This document shows positions 1 through 13,365 of a stretch of DNA of 64,000 bases, in pieces (the stretch's first letter is position 1; each line of letters starts with the position of its first letter). The position numbers and the translations under genes were made by a program. The notes below the pieces were generated by a model. That model did not search any database and was not told the DNA's origin. It worked only from the letters and a program-made list of their open reading frames with translations. This stretch comes from Prorocentrum cordatum (taxonomy: Eukaryota), in contig CAUYUJ010000002.1 in NCBI GenBank assembly GCA_963575745.1, positions 1,240,001 through 1,304,000 of the forward strand, given 5' to 3'.

Positions 1-500
1 GGGCAGTGATGCAACCCTTGCCGCGGAGGCCGCCTTCCAACAACTCAAGGATCCCATAGCCGATGGCAGCGGACGACCAGACAATGGCGACATTATCGGC
101 CGAGATGTGACGGCGGTCGTCGAAACGCTGTGTATCTCCCCGGCACGTTCGATCGTATCCTGCAAACTAGCATGTGCAGGTCCAGTGATGGTAAAGCCAT
201 AGACGTCAACTTGTGAGCCAAAATGGCTGCGATGGGAAAGTGGTGGGAGGGGAGAGGAAAGGAGTATAGCGAGAGGAAGGAGGGAAGGGGAGGAAAAGGC
301 CTAGACACCTACTCAGGCCTAGAAAACTACTTAGCGACCGAAGAGACAGAGGAAGAGGAAGGCAAAAGGGAGGGCGAGGGCGGATAATGGAAGAAGCGGG
401 GGGGGGGGAGGAGGATGCAGAGAATGAGGACAATCGGGGACATTTGGCCACACTCTCGAATCGTGGGCGGGCCACCTCGGACGCCTCCAGGGGGGGGGGA
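1..500 (-). pseudogene. Possible highly decayed non-LTR RT fragment
   Basis: Weak resemblance to RT domains 4-7 (TIRECGQMSPIVLILCI; QVDVYGFTITG; AIVWSSAAIG) and to the element at 5200-11080. Confidence 0.25.
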
Positions 501-2660
501 GGCGGGGGGGGGAAGCAGGAGGCAAGGGCGGAGGAGAAAAAGGCGTGGGGGGGGAGGGGTAGATGGGGGAGGAGGCAAGGAGGAGGAGGAGGAGGAGGAG
601 GAGGAGGAGGGAGGAGGAGGAGGCGGAGGAGGAGGAGGAGGAGGAGGAGGAGGAGGAGGAGGAGCAGCAGCAGCAGCAGCAGGAAGAGGAGGAGGAGGAG
701 GCAGGCAAAGGGGGGAGAGGCAGGAGACAGAGGAGGAGACAGGAGGGAGGAGGGGGGCGAGGGGGAGGAGACAGGAGGGAGGGATCTAAGAGGAACGGGG
801 ACGAAACAATGGGCGCGCTCGTCCCACACCTGGCACCCGCACCCCTTCCCCATCCTTCACCAATTCCGGTGCCACCCCCTGCTTGCCGCGTCGCATGCCG
901 AAGGAAACACGGATCCCCCAATCAGCAGGGCACCTCCGTCGAGGAATACCTCGGAAACCGCGACTTGGGAGGGGCGGGGGACGGGGGGCAAGATATTCGC
1001 ACTGTCAAAAACGGGACAAGAGGGGCGGTGGGGGAAGAGGGAAAGGAGATTCGCACGCTCAAACATGGGCACGGCCAGTACGATGATGATGCCCAACAAC
1101 GACTGCTGTCCAAAGACCAAACGCCGTCCGCTGCTGTCGGACAAGCGACGTTGATCCCAACTGGGCCCCGCCCCAAACGACACCGCCAGCGACTGCCGTG
1201 TTCGAAATGGGCAGGAACGGGCGACTGTCAGGTCGGGGGCTGATTTCGGACGAGGAATGAAACATAATCAAACACATACGCCAAATTTTAAATTGTAGAA
1301 ACGCCGTCACCTATTTTGTTGTTTTGATACTCTTCCTGTTAGGAGCCAGACACAAAACACACACAAAGGAATTTCACACAAAAGGTTTTGGCACCACCAA
1401 CGGCGCAACGCATGTGCACCCATGCCATTGGATCCCCGGCGATCCGACCCAGGGTTGATGTACTGCCGCGCTCGAAGATGCAATTGAAAAGTCTGGTGTG
1501 GCAGCGCTGTCGGCGGCGACAGGATCCCAAGCTCTGCTACCAACAAACATTTCAGGGTGGTTTGGCACAGCCAAACAACCATGCAACGTCAGCTTGTTCT
1601 TCCGTTGACAACAGCACGCGGCGACGCGCCGCGGCAGCAAAACGCAGTAGCGCGCGAGGGCATGCAGGGCCGGCAATGTGGCTGGCCAGCTACCAGCACG
1701 ATTTCGGCAAAAATGCAGAAATCCACATAAGATCGTTTTGGGCGCGGTATCCGGCGCAGCTGCATCGCACTGCCAGGCGCCGCGGCCTTGCGTTTGTAGC
1801 GCCAGGTCCCGTGCGCTCCTCGAGGCGGGAAAACAACCTCTCCACAAAAGGATTCGCGTGTGCTCGTGTGGGGCCGGCGAAAACGATCGTACACACATGG
1901 AATTCCTTTGTGTGCCCCCCGCGTTGGCAAGTTAACCAGGCCGCACACAAACGAATTACACGATAATTCGTGGCACACAAAGGAATTACAGCAATGCCCT
2001 TTGGGCTGCGCTTTTCGCGCGCGGTGACAGCTCCGAGCTGGAAAAATGGAGGGGCGGGACAAGGCAAAGCAGGGGAAGAGGAAAAGGAAGAGGAGGGCGA
2101 GGAAGAAGCGAAGGAAGCAACGAAAGGAAGCCAGGATCCGCGCAAGCGAAGCTAACACTGCGCGCCGAGACAGTTGTTCGTTCGTTCGGATGGCCGTGCG
2201 GCATATGAATAGGAAACGAACTGTTTGCTGCCAGTCGATGGGACTGTTTGGGAAAGAGACTCGCGCTTTCTTCCCGACCCCGTTCCCGCGCGCCGTTGCG
2301 AGCGCGCGACGATATGTTCTGGCACGCGGGCAGAGGACGGCCAATCGCTGGTAAGCGGCCTTTCCACCCGTCACGCATTCCAAACAAATGCGGCCAGCTA
2401 AACGCACTTGCCACGCAAACCGCCAGCTCCAAACACCGACGACACCCCGATCCCCGCATCCGTGCCAGGCACCTTCTCAACGACGCCCCCTTCCGGCGTA
2501 ACACCAATACAACCCTTTTGTGTTCATGTGTTCTTCCCAACCCTCCTTGGTTGGGTATTCGTTTTGAATAGAACACTGTGGTAGCGTCCCTCCTCCTCTC
2601 CTCCCGCCTCCCGTCTCCCGCCTCCGTCTTGTCTCCTCTTGCCGTGCGCGAGCCTGGCCA

Positions 2661-2941
2661 TCCCTGGGGGGCTGCGATCTGCGACACTGTCGCCACTTTC
2701 GAGGGCTGCTGGTGGGTCCTGCGAACTGAGGCACCGCGGGGATCTGAGCGAGACCTCGCCGTCCCTGGGGGGGCTGCGATCTGCGACACTGTCGCCACTT
2801 CCGAGGGCTGCTGGTGGGTCCTGCGGACTGAGGCACCGCGGGGATCTGAGGTTGACCTCGCCGTCCCTGGGGGGCTGCGATCTGCGACGCTGCCGCCGCT
2901 TTCGAGGGCTGCTGGTGGGTCCTGCGGACTGAGGCACCGCG
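2661..2941. repeat. Tandem repeat, ~102 bp x ~2.7
   Basis: CCCTGGGGGGCTGCGATCTGCGAC... recurs at about 2661, 2762 and 2864. Confidence 0.9.
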
Positions 2942-3489
2942 CAGACAGCGGCTGCGGAAAGTCACCGCGCAGCGCGCGGAGCGAAGAAACCCAAGGCATC
3001 CTGACGAAAAGCAACTGTTTGCTTGATACGCGCTCCCTTGGAGGCATCTTGGAGGCCATCTTGGGCCAAAGGCCCAGGGGGAGTTCTTTTGGAAAAGACC
3101 CAAAACCAAGGTCGAAAGGATCTAGCAAGCCAACAGGGGGCGGCGGATATTCCCAAATTCCCCCTGTAGAGGGACAGGCCCGACTTCACCCCAGGGGCCC
3201 CCAACATGTCCATGTCCACCATCTGCCGCGGTCCCTGACGATCGACCCCTCGAGCGGCGGGCATGGATACAGTGCGGGCGCTGCCGCAAGAAACCCTCGC
3301 AAGAAACCCAACCCGGAAAATCCGCGCGCGAGGTGCACCTGAGGAGAACCCCCCAGAGCACCCTGAACGCAGTAGCCCCCTGAAGCACCTTGGAGGCCAT
3401 CTTGGGGTCATCTGAGCACCCTGACGATCGACCCGTCGAGCGGCAGTCACGGATAGCTCCCCGCCTCGGGAACCGCGCGGGCGGGGCGC

Positions 3490-3525
3490 TCAGTCCGAGT
3501 CCGCGTCGGAGCCGTCGTCGAGCGC
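3490..3525 (-). CDS. SET-domain protein, last coding exon (ALDDGSDADSD*)
   Basis: CAG|G acceptor, phase 0, acidic tail ending in TGA. Confidence 0.7.
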   Translation of the reverse strand, partial: ALDDGSDADSD

Positions 3526-3587
3526 CTGCCGGCGCCCGCCGCTCCGGCCGCGGGCCCCACGGCCGCCTGGACCTTTGCCCGGGCCCT

Positions 3588-4092
3588 CCAGGAGAGAAGG
3601 AGGAGGAGGAGGAGGAGGAGGAGGAGGAGGAGGAGGAGGAGGACGAGGACGAGGAGGAGGGGGGGAGGAGGGAGGAGGAGGGAGGAGGAGGAGGAGGAGG
3701 AGAGAGGAGGAGGGGGAGGAGGAGGAGGAGGAGGAGGAGGAGGAGAGGAGGAGGAGGAGGAGGAGAAGGAGGAGGAGGAGGAGGAGAGGAGGAGGAGGAG
3801 GAGGGGGAGAAGAGGAGGAGGAGGAGGAGGAGGAGGAGGATGAGGGAGGAGGAGGAGGAGAGGAGGAGGAGGGGAGGGAGGAAGGAGGAGAGGAGGAGGA
3901 GGAGGAGGAGGAGGAGGAGGAGGAGGAGGAAGGGGAGAGGAGGAGGAGGAGGAGGAGAGGAGGAGGAGGAGGAGGAGGAGGAGGAGGAGGAGGAGAGGAT
4001 GAAGGAGGAGGAGGAGGATGGAGGAGGAGGAGGAGGAGGATGGAGGAGGGGGAGGAGGACGAGGAGGAGGGGGAGGAGGGGGAGGAGGAGGA
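3588..4092. repeat. (GGA)n microsatellite
   Basis: Direct inspection. Similar GGA or TCC arrays at 565-780, 4910-5199, 13366-13435, 27755-27888, 33935-33990, 44255-44790 and 63580-63810. Confidence 0.95.
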
Positions 4093-5199
4093 CCTGAGGG
4101 GGGTTCCTTTGGATGGGGGGGATACCTGAGGTTCGGGGCGGACCTTACGTCAGCCACAATATTTTGGCGTCGTAACGCCGCGTCGTTGCTACACACCGCG
4201 GTTACCTCACACTGCGCCAGCGCCCAACATACCTGCTCAAGTACGTCACTAATATTTGATTTTGCGGACCGCGTACTTGCAAGTATGACCATACGGCGGA
4301 GGGGGGCTTACTGAGGATCATAGGTTTGACAACTGAATCTTCGAAGGCTAATCTGAACGACGTTCTTGAACAGGCCAAAAAAACCCAGGCCAACCTCAAC
4401 ACGCAAATATGTTCCTTATTCCACACCTATGAGGCAGTCAGTATAGTTTAACGGGTGCTTTCTTGCACGCAACTAAGACAGCACGTACCACCTAATCCTG
4501 AGGGTCTTACTATTTCTGAGGTTCTGAACTTATCTATTGTACGGGGTATTATCACACGGAAGTACGTGCTGTCGTCCCTGGCGGGCGCCTACTCTTGGTA
4601 CTATTCTGGCCGCAGCTTTATCAACCAGCAATTTTGTCCGCGGCACCCGCCAGGTACCTTTTGCGTCAAGTCGTGTTTATATCATTTCGTCACCAAAGAA
4701 CGCCACAATCGTAGGATTCACGTTTGGTCAACGCAAAAGGAGCAGGAGGAGCAGGAGGAGAATGAATCGGAGGAGGAGGAGGACTTTTGATTGATTTGAG
4801 TTTCGGGGGGGAAACTAAGCCGCGGTCGCTTCGTCGGCCAGCAGCTGACCCCCCGGCTCCGCCAGGAGCGCTGCCGGCGCCGACGCGGCCCCACCGCACC
4901 TGGCCCCAGAGGGAGGGCGGAGGAGGGGGAGGAGGAGGAGGGGAGGAGGAGGAGGAGGGAGGAGGAGGAGGAAAGAAGAGGAGGAGGAGGATAAAAGGAA
5001 AAGGAGAGGACGAGGCGGAGGAGGAGGAGGAGGAGGAGGAGGAGGGAAGAGGGGAGAGAGGGAGAGGGGGAGGGAGAGGGGGAGGAGGGGGAGGGGGAGG
5101 AGGAGGAGAAGGAGGAGGAGGGGGAGGAGGAGGAGGAGGAAGGGGACGAGGAGGGGGAGAAGGAGGAGGAGGAGGAGGAGGAGGAGGAGGAGGAGGAGG

Positions 5200-8100
5200 A
5201 ACAGACCGAGCGCACCCAGGTGCGAAGTTCGGGCGATGCCAAACGCATTCTAGCCCTGGCCATGAGCGGCGCATGCTGCGGCAGGCGCGGCGGCAGCTGA
5301 TATTTCTTCCACGGCCATGCCGTGGGTAGCTGCGCGCAGGAATTTGGTGAGGCCGTCGCGCCCCGCGTGGGCGCGAGTGAACTCACCGTTGTCAATATTG
5401 GCGAGGTTCTCTCGCCCTTTCTTGGTGATACCTGCGCAAGGTGCGGCAAGGTGGCGTGGGTCCTCAGTAGCCGTCTTACCGCGCCCGCGACAGAAGTACA
5501 GGCGGTACTTCTGCATGAAATGAAGCTTGTGGCTGGCGTGCAGCTCGCGGCCAGCAATTGTGATGGTGCCCTGTACTGGCACTATCTGGTCACTGGCAGA
5601 CGGAAGGGGCGGCTGGTGGGTGCACGGCGTGGCACAGGCCTGGCGTACTTTACACTTGTCAGTGGTGAGCCCGCACCGAGAGCAGAGGTACTTGCCCGCT
5701 CTGAGCTCAAAGGCGTGCTGGCTCGATTGCATGGCTAGCTGCAGCTTGGTGAGGCGCGGGCCTTTGGCCTGCGAGGGTCGCTCCGCCACCCAGGGGTCGA
5801 CTGCAAGCGTGTCAGCTAGGGCTCGGCGCGCCCTCCTGCGGATGAGGGTGCACTGGGCATCGTGCAGGTCTGTGGGAGGGGCCTGTCCCACGAGCGCTGC
5901 CTCGTAGGACTGTTGGGCCGCTGCCCCTGCCCATGCATCGGCCGTCGCGTTGCCGATAATGTGAAAGTACCGCGCAGGGTCCGAGGCAAGGCCAGGTGGC
6001 TCCTCGCTGTGTGAGGGCACCCAGATTACAGAAAACTGCATGGCGCCACGTGCGCGAATTGCTTTGGCAATGCGTGCCCACAAATCCGGATTTGCGCCAT
6101 CGCGGGGGCGCAAGTGTCGATCCGACCGCCATCCGTCATATAACGGGAGGTGGTCTGTGATTCAACAGAGGTCGCCCTCCCAGTGTTCTAGGGCGAGCGC
6201 GAAAGCCAGCAGCTCAGCACGAGGCACAATCTGAAAGGGGCCCCCGAGGCCTGAAATGATGCCTCCCCAGGGGGGCCACTCCCCGAAGAGGCACCTCATG
6301 GCCGCACAGGCGGTCCCCACTCTTCGGCGTCGCGGGTCATCACTGTAGTGACCTCCAGAGCCGTCCCCGAAGAGAGTGAGGGTGCCGCCGCTGCTGACGC
6401 AACCCCCCCAGCCCCGCCCAACCCAGCTCCACCCGCCGCCCCCCTCCCAATGAGGCAAAGAGCGGGTGCGTGTCAGCGCGCGCAGGCAGGCCGCGGAGCC
6501 AGCATGCGGGGGCAGCCTCTGCTCCAGCCAGGGCAGAGGGCACGAGGGCGTCAGAATCCGCGTAGTCCTCGTGGTCGCGGTTGCAGGGGCACAACCAGAC
6601 CCTGTGCATGAGCGTCTCGTCGGCCCCGCCGCACCTCGGACAATTTTGAGTAGCGTTGCACCCCGCGTCGATGAGTCGGCTCCTGGGCCATTGCGCCCCC
6701 GCGACCACGCAGAGGTTGAGGGCCGCCTGGTCGTACTGGCCCTTCCTCGTGAATCTCTCCATCCCGTTGGCAACTATGTGGACGCCTGGGCCCCCCCGTT
6801 GCAATCCTTCTCCATGTGGATGTTTGGCAGCATCCCTCCAGAGGCTCCTCTCAAGGGACAGGCAGAACTCGTGGACGAACTCCGCAGGGTCCACGTCATA
6901 GCGCTTGTCCTCCCAGTCGGTTTGTCCACTGTGGGGTAGCTGCCGCTCCTGGGTGTAGGTCTCGCCTGCCCACGGCGGTCGTGGCCACTCCGTTGGCGTC
7001 GGGCAGGTCCAGCCTGCGTCCAGGAGGATGGCCTGGGTGGCTGACATGGGCCCCTTGACCTTCCTCCACTTCTTGTTGCCGCGCTTGAGCGACTTGTCGT
7101 AGATCAGCTTCCACGCGTGCGTGACCCGCCTATGGTGTTCTGGGTACTGCGTCCAGAAGTTGAGCCACTCGGCGATCCACTGGCGCCTGAGCTCGATGGC
7201 GGGGCCCTTCTTCCCCATGGCGACGGCGAGGGCTGTGGAGAGACAACGGCCAGGGACCTTCGCCGCCGAAGCCTGGACGGCCTGGCGCCTCTGGTCGAGG
7301 ATGGCCGCTGGGGCGGGGCCCATGATCTGGTGGCCGTAGGTCCCCTGTGGCCTGGATCCCGTGTTCCACAAGCCCTTCGCAATCTTGGCGAGGGAGGCGT
7401 GCTTCCTGACCTTGGCGATGATGCGGTGAGTGCGCCTCCTCGCAGTTCTGGCTCTCTTGATTGTCTTGACGACAACCCGTCTTTTGGGCGCCTCCCACGT
7501 CGAAGCCGAGGTCGACCGCGCTGTTTGCCACCTTGACGTGGTGGCCCTTCTTCTTGAGGCCGTCGTGCACTGCGTAGGCGATCGCCTGGCTGGAGGCGAC
7601 GACGGTGGTCTCGGGGGGGGATTCGGAGCCCCACCCCCGTCATGCCTTCGAATAGGTCGGCGCCAACCCCGATGGGATCCCTAATGACCTGCTTGGTTTG
7701 GCCCTCTGTTCTCGCGACAGTGTCGTCCACGAACGTCCACAGGCCAGCGTGCGTGTTGTTGGTGCGGGCCCTCTGCAGGATCGGCCCCAGGTAGACCTTG
7801 GCGAGCTTGCCGCCATTGCAGCTGCCCGCGACTATGGACCTCTCGGCGTCTATGATGTCGCTGACCCAGCCGTGCATCCGAAAGTGCCCGGGCGCGAGGT
7901 AGAGCTGCACTTCCAGCGCCGCGACAATCGGGGGGAAGTTGACCCCGATCGCGGCGTCGAAGAGGGCCTCGTAGCAGACCGAGTCGTAGAACTTCTCTAC
8001 GTTCATCAGCAAGGTCGCGAAAGCAATGCCAAGGGTCGCCGCCGCCTCGGCAAGGAGCGCCCGGACTAGCGCTGCCCTGAGGCGCTGGAGCCTTTGATGG

Positions 8101-11080
8101 CGGTGCCCCAGAACTCCCCGAGCTCCTTGGACCACTGGTCGGTGACACTAGAGCGGACCTTGGCCCACGTCTTGGGGATTGCGGGGAGCATGCCCAGGAT
8201 TCTCTCTCCACCTGCGGGCTTGGGGGCCATGGCCCCAATGGTGGCGCAGAGCTGCTGAGGCCACAGTCCGTTGGCCTCCACCTGGTTGTAGATCTCGGCG
8301 AGCTCCTGGATCCCCTTCCCGGGGGGCCTCTGGATGTCGATAGGGCCGATGTTGTCGACTCCTCTCGCCTTCTTCGGATTGGCGGTGCCCACTATGGCCT
8401 GTATATGCTGCGGCTCGATCAGCGGGAGGGGGTCCTCCTTCGCGAGCCGCATGGCCTTCTCGTATGCGCTGATGATCTGCTTGGCGTTGTAGCTGTCGGA
8501 CGCCCAGATGGAGCGCCAAGTGTCGGCAGAGTGGTTCATGAGCGTGGATGGGTCGCCCACCGTTCTCTGAAGCTGCTTGTCCTCCAGGCGCGGCGCCTTG
8601 GGGTCGGTGACCATGCGGTGCAGCTTGCCTGGTGAGTCCTTCCACGCCTGCTTCGCCCAGTCGAGATGCCGTCTTCGCGCTCTGCCTGCAGCTCTCGCCA
8701 TAGCTTTGTGGGTCCACTCCATGGTGGTGGCGCTGATGTGGTGCAAGTCAGCCACGTCGCAGTACTCGAGGGTGACGAGCTGGGTCTCCCACTCTTCGAT
8801 CTCCTGCGGGTCGGTTCTCCTGCCGAAGTGCTCCTTGGAGAACTCAGGGTTCTCTAGGTCGTCCAGCTTTTTCATGGCTGTCTTGTGGATGTGCTGGCGG
8901 GCTGCGGGATCCTTGCCGTTGGCGACCAGCGCGGTGTACCTCGCCGCGAGGGTGCTGAGGCGCTGCCACCGTGTAGCCTCGGGGCCCTTGAGGTACGCTC
9001 TGCCAGGCGACGCCTTCATCGTCTGCCTGGTGGTCCTGTACCCCTCTGCCCTGCCCCGGCACCTGGCCCCGTCCTCGTCGGGGGCCGCGTGCGTCTCCAG
9101 GACGGCGAGCTCCAGGGTCGCGATCCACTGCGCGTACTTCGAGTTGATGTTCTCCGCGAGGTTCGGCGCGTGGTTGTGGAAGATGTGTCCTCTGCCCTCC
9201 TTGGCGCCGACCTTTGCGCCATCGAACTTCGGGAAGTTGCTGACCTCGTCGGCGGCTGCGTCCCAGTTCTGCTGGGGGATGACGAAGGGGGTGGGGTCCT
9301 CCTTGGCCGTCTCGCGGTTGATGTAGAGGGCGTCGAACTCGTCGCGCAAGTGCTCTGGTAGCCTTTTCCGTCCTGGTTCGCAACGCCTCCGCGCGAGCCT
9401 TGGACCTTTTGCTGCTCGGGTCCCCGACCTTCTTGGGTCTGGCTCGTGCGGGGAGGGCTTTGGGAACCTTTATAGCTTTGTACTGCCACGGCTCGACGGT
9501 GCCCACCGTGACCTGGATGCCGCAGTGGGTCTTCCAGGGGACGTCGTAGATGGCCTCGATCCCGACGTGCGTGGCGATGTCCGCTAGTACGATCGCGTAC
9601 TCGTACACGGAAACCGAGCCCCTGTCGCACGTCGCCTCGCAGCTCGGGTCGGTGGGGATGGCGCCGTTCCATCGCGTGAGCCACGGCTTGTTGTCCCACC
9701 AGTGCGGCCCGTAGTTCCAGTCGGCCAGGATGATCCACGGGTCCACGAGATGTCCACGAAGGTGGAGATGGAGACCAGGATGTCCCTGTTCGCGCCTTGG
9801 TCCCGTAGGCCAGGGCGCAGGTGCGACGCCAGGACGACTATGTTGCCGCTCTTGGAGTGGAGGACTGTCGGCGTGAAGCCCACGAACGGCTGCCTCTTGT
9901 GGCGCTTGGCGTAGTAGTCCCTGTAGCCCTCGAACGCGGTCGCCGCCGCGTCACTCGCCGCCGTGGGTCCCCTTGTCCGATTTGTTGGTGGCCACCGCGG
10001 GTGTGGCCGAGCTTGCCACTCTGCTCCGTGATGCCGTTCGCGTCGACGTGCGTCTCCGCCAGCGCTGCGAGGTGGTACTTGAAGCCTGCGTTGCGACAGA
10101 AGTTGGCGGCCTGCGGGCCCCACGCCGTGTTATGTTGCCGAACAGGATCTGCGCTGCCTGCTCGGGCTTAGGGGCGGGTGCACCTGCCGTGGGGAGCCCG
10201 CTGGCGCGGTTCCCAGGCCCCCATCGGCCGCTGCAGCCGCTTGCGGCTACCCCAGCGACGGTGGGGCTCCTGCCGCTGCCGCTGGCGCCATGGTGGCGCC
10301 CGTGCCCCAGCCCTTAGCTGCGTGGGCCATCTCCCCGGCCCTGGTGGAAGTGGCGATGAGCTCGGCGGCGGCCTTGCGGTCGTCCGCGGAGGGCTCGTCG
10401 GCGGCAGGGGCGGCTGCTGCGGGTCCATGGGCCCCTCCAGGCTGGCGTGGCCCAGCAGGAGGGGCGGCAGAGCCCGCTGGCGCGCCAGGTTGTACGTGTC
10501 CTCCAGGCGCGGCCGCTGGCTGCTGTTCCTCTGGCGAAGCGGGAGCAGGCTCAGGGTGAGGTTGCTGAGCAGCTGGTTCCTCCCCACGCGGCTTCTTCCG
10601 CTTCGCAGGGTTGGTGGTGGACCCCTTGGCTTGGCGCAAGAGTTCGCGTACTTGTTCTTGGCCATTGTTGAGCTCGGCCAGGCGCTGGTCGAGCTCTTGC
10701 TTCCACTGCTCCATCTGGGCGCGGGTGCCCTCGTCGTAGATGGAGAGGTCGTCCCACATAGAGCTGTCGACCTTGAAGGCTTCCTGAGGTCCCACTGGTG
10801 GTGCTCCGCGTGCAGCTCCAGCAAGCTTGGCGCTGTGGTCCGCTTGCGCCTTGGCGCATGCGTTCTGTGCCTGGACGAGGTCCAGGGCAGCTTGCTCCTG
10901 TTTGGCCACGGCGTCGGCTTGGCGGCCTCGACGTCGTCGACCGACTGCTTGAACTTCTTCTCCATGTCTGTGAGGACTGACAGCGCCGACTGGAGCACCT
11001 GCTCTGCTGTGCGGGCAGGCTGCGGCTTGTCGGGCTGCTGGAGGGCGTCCTTGAGGTTGCCGGCGATCTTCCAGCCACTT
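5200..11080 (-). mobile_element. Degenerate non-LTR retrotransposon A: ORF1 remnant + APE + RT + Cys/His knuckle + RNase H
   Basis: Frameshifted pieces: coiled-coil ORF1 (10170-11080); APE (NTAWGPQA..ETH, ILADWN); RT (PKPAGGERILG, NVEKFYD, SIVAGS, TFVDD at ~7725); CPRCGGADETLMHRVWLC; RNase H (LFGDGSG, QIVPRAEL, NPDLW, WVPSH, GNATAD). The 3' end runs into (TCC)n. Confidence 0.9.
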
Positions 11081-13365
11081 CTGTGACGGCCGAGCGAAAT
11101 CCACCCGGCACTCGTCAGGGGCACTAGGATCCCCCGTGGGGGCCCCGCCTTGGAGGTGGAGACTGGTGCGCTTATCAAGTCCGTCTATGCGCAGAATGTG
11201 GGCGGCGCGCCTGTCGGCGAGCAGATCGGCATCCACCGAAGGAAGATGCTCATGCAACCCCTGATCCATGCGGCTATGCGCGCAACGCCCAGGCGCTTTC
11301 TTCATGTCGTCAAAGACCGCCACGTGCCACGCGCGAGTCGCGCGAAGACGCTCGGACAACACATGCGCTCCGAGAGTGGCGTTCTCTCTCCTGCGATGGG
11401 GCATGCAACCGTGGCCAAACTCGTCTGGTGCCCCGTGGAAAAAGGGCAGAGGCCGCGCAAAAGCCGCGCGCCCCCGTCTGGCTCGGGGTCTGCCAGCCTC
11501 TCGAGAACCTCGCGCACGTCGGACCCCCCCCCGCGCGCCCGCCAGCGCGCGGCGAGACTCCCCAAGCCAGCAGAGATGTGCTCCACATCGGGGGGATCGG
11601 GTTTGGCGCCGAGGCTTCGAAAGCATGAGCCAAATCTAGCCGAGCAGGGACCGGGGGGGGTCGCGCGACGGCGAGTCGAACGGCGCAGCGCCTACGAGGC
11701 TCTGCGCAGATCCCGCCACCCCCTAGCCTCCGCCGAGCCCCGAGCAGTCATGCCTCGCGGGGCCAGCGAGGCCCGCTCCTGCAAAAAACTGTCGAGGCTG
11801 ACCTGGGTCGTCTGCAGTGCGCCTTGGTTGCCGGGGAGGTCCAGGGAGCGCGCGAGTTCAACGGCCGAGGAATGGCGACGGCGCACGGACGAATAATCGC
11901 GACGCTTCGGCCCCAGGCCCGAGCCCGACAGGCGGCGACAGAAATGCTGGACCTTCGACAGATCACGGCGCCTCCATGCCTCATGCACGCCCTCAGTCCA
12001 CGCGCGACGGAGCGATCTCGTCCAGCGCCGCACCTCCCACTTGATGCGATTCGCGAGGTCGCGGATCTGCGTGTCGAAGTATGCGCGCGACGTGTGCAGC
12101 GCCCGGAGCCGAGCTCGACGCCGAAGAAGGTGGCGAACAGCAGCACGATGCTCCGCTTGGGCAGCACCCAGAGCACGCCGCGCACGACCGAAGGACTTTT
12201 TGGCGATCGGCACGAGGATGGAAACCAGCGTGCCGTAACCACCGCCAGTGCGGTCGGCGTCGAAGAGCCATGAAGGGCGGGGGCGCGCGACTTCATGGCG
12301 GCGTTCAGCTCAGGCAGGGAATCCAATCGAAAACCAAGCGTCTGAAGGGCCAGCCCGATAAAACCAAAGTTCCACGCCATTGCCGCACAGCCGTTCTGCA
12401 AACTGGGCACCCCCGCCTCGAGCTCGAGAAGGATGGAAAAGTGGTCCCGCAGGGAGCCTTTGCTCGGAAAGAGCTGGAGCGAACGTGCGGCCTTGGTCAT
12501 GGCGACGACCTTCTGAATGCGCTTCAGGGCGCCCAGCGGGACCACAAAGTGGTCGATCCACGATACGCCCTTCTCGCGCCATAGAAGGACGGGGCCAACT
12601 TGTGGAAGGTCGTAACACAACCAAGGAAGTGCCTATGCATCAGCTCGCGCAGGGACCGAACCGCGTACCCAATGCGGCCCTGGACGAAAGGGGCCAACGC
12701 ACTGAAACGCACCCGACGTGTCGTCCACAGCGAACGAGTCATTCAAATCGGCGAAAATGACAGGCGTCGGCCTCGCGGGCGCAGCGTCCAGTTGCGCACC
12801 CAGCCACTTTATGAGCACATCGACCGTGCGCCCCCACGAGGCCATAGTCCCACGAGGGCCAGGAGGAGGGAAGTACAAGACCACGATCGTGACATCCACC
12901 GAGCCCGATGTGACGCGAACAAGGCCCGCGCGGCCCGCAGCAGCTGCGGGCCCAGGAACCACGCGATGAACCTTCGTCGCTAGGTCCCGCCTTCGCAAGC
13001 CGATGCTGACGCCCGCAAAACGATTGTTGAAGGGGCCGCGGTTGTAGCCGAAGTGAAAGTCTTCATGGTCCCCACTGAGCTGGCACCGCACAGCCTCGAA
13101 TGGCTGCGCGCGGAGCCTCGTGCCGACGAGGGCGTGGACGGGGTAGTTGCGGCCGTACGTGGCTATCTCGAGCAAACGGCTCGGTTGAACAAGGCTGCAC
13201 ACATTGTAGTCGCAGATGTTGCATCGCATGGGCCCTGGCGAAGTCAGGCGTCTGCAGCCATCGGCGTAGAGCCCCGCTCAGACCTGTATGTGTCGACTGT
13301 TCCGCCTTCAGCGGGGGCTGCCGAAAAAGGGCCCCCCAGGAGGCGTCTCGACACAGAAAGGGGCT
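11080..13365 (-). mobile_element. Degenerate 5' half of non-LTR family B (APE + RT up to domain 4)
   Basis: YNVCSL...VLYFPP...FADLND, WIDHFVVP, CRRLSGSGLGPKRRDY, HGCMPHRRRE, GGAPTGDP are colinear with the element at 28202-33936. Confidence 0.85.

Noticed and set aside
1060..1150. MFS transporter-like motif LSDSSGRRLV
   Set aside because: Single short match with no supporting exons or codon bias.
4815..4900. Extra GC-rich exon of the SET gene (VRWGRVGAG...)
   Set aside because: It has an AG|G but no convincing donor, and exon 12 already joins the last exon in phase.
10247..11626. 459-aa ORF as a real fusion protein
   Set aside because: It crosses the junction of two decayed elements and passes through out-of-frame ORF1 sequence.
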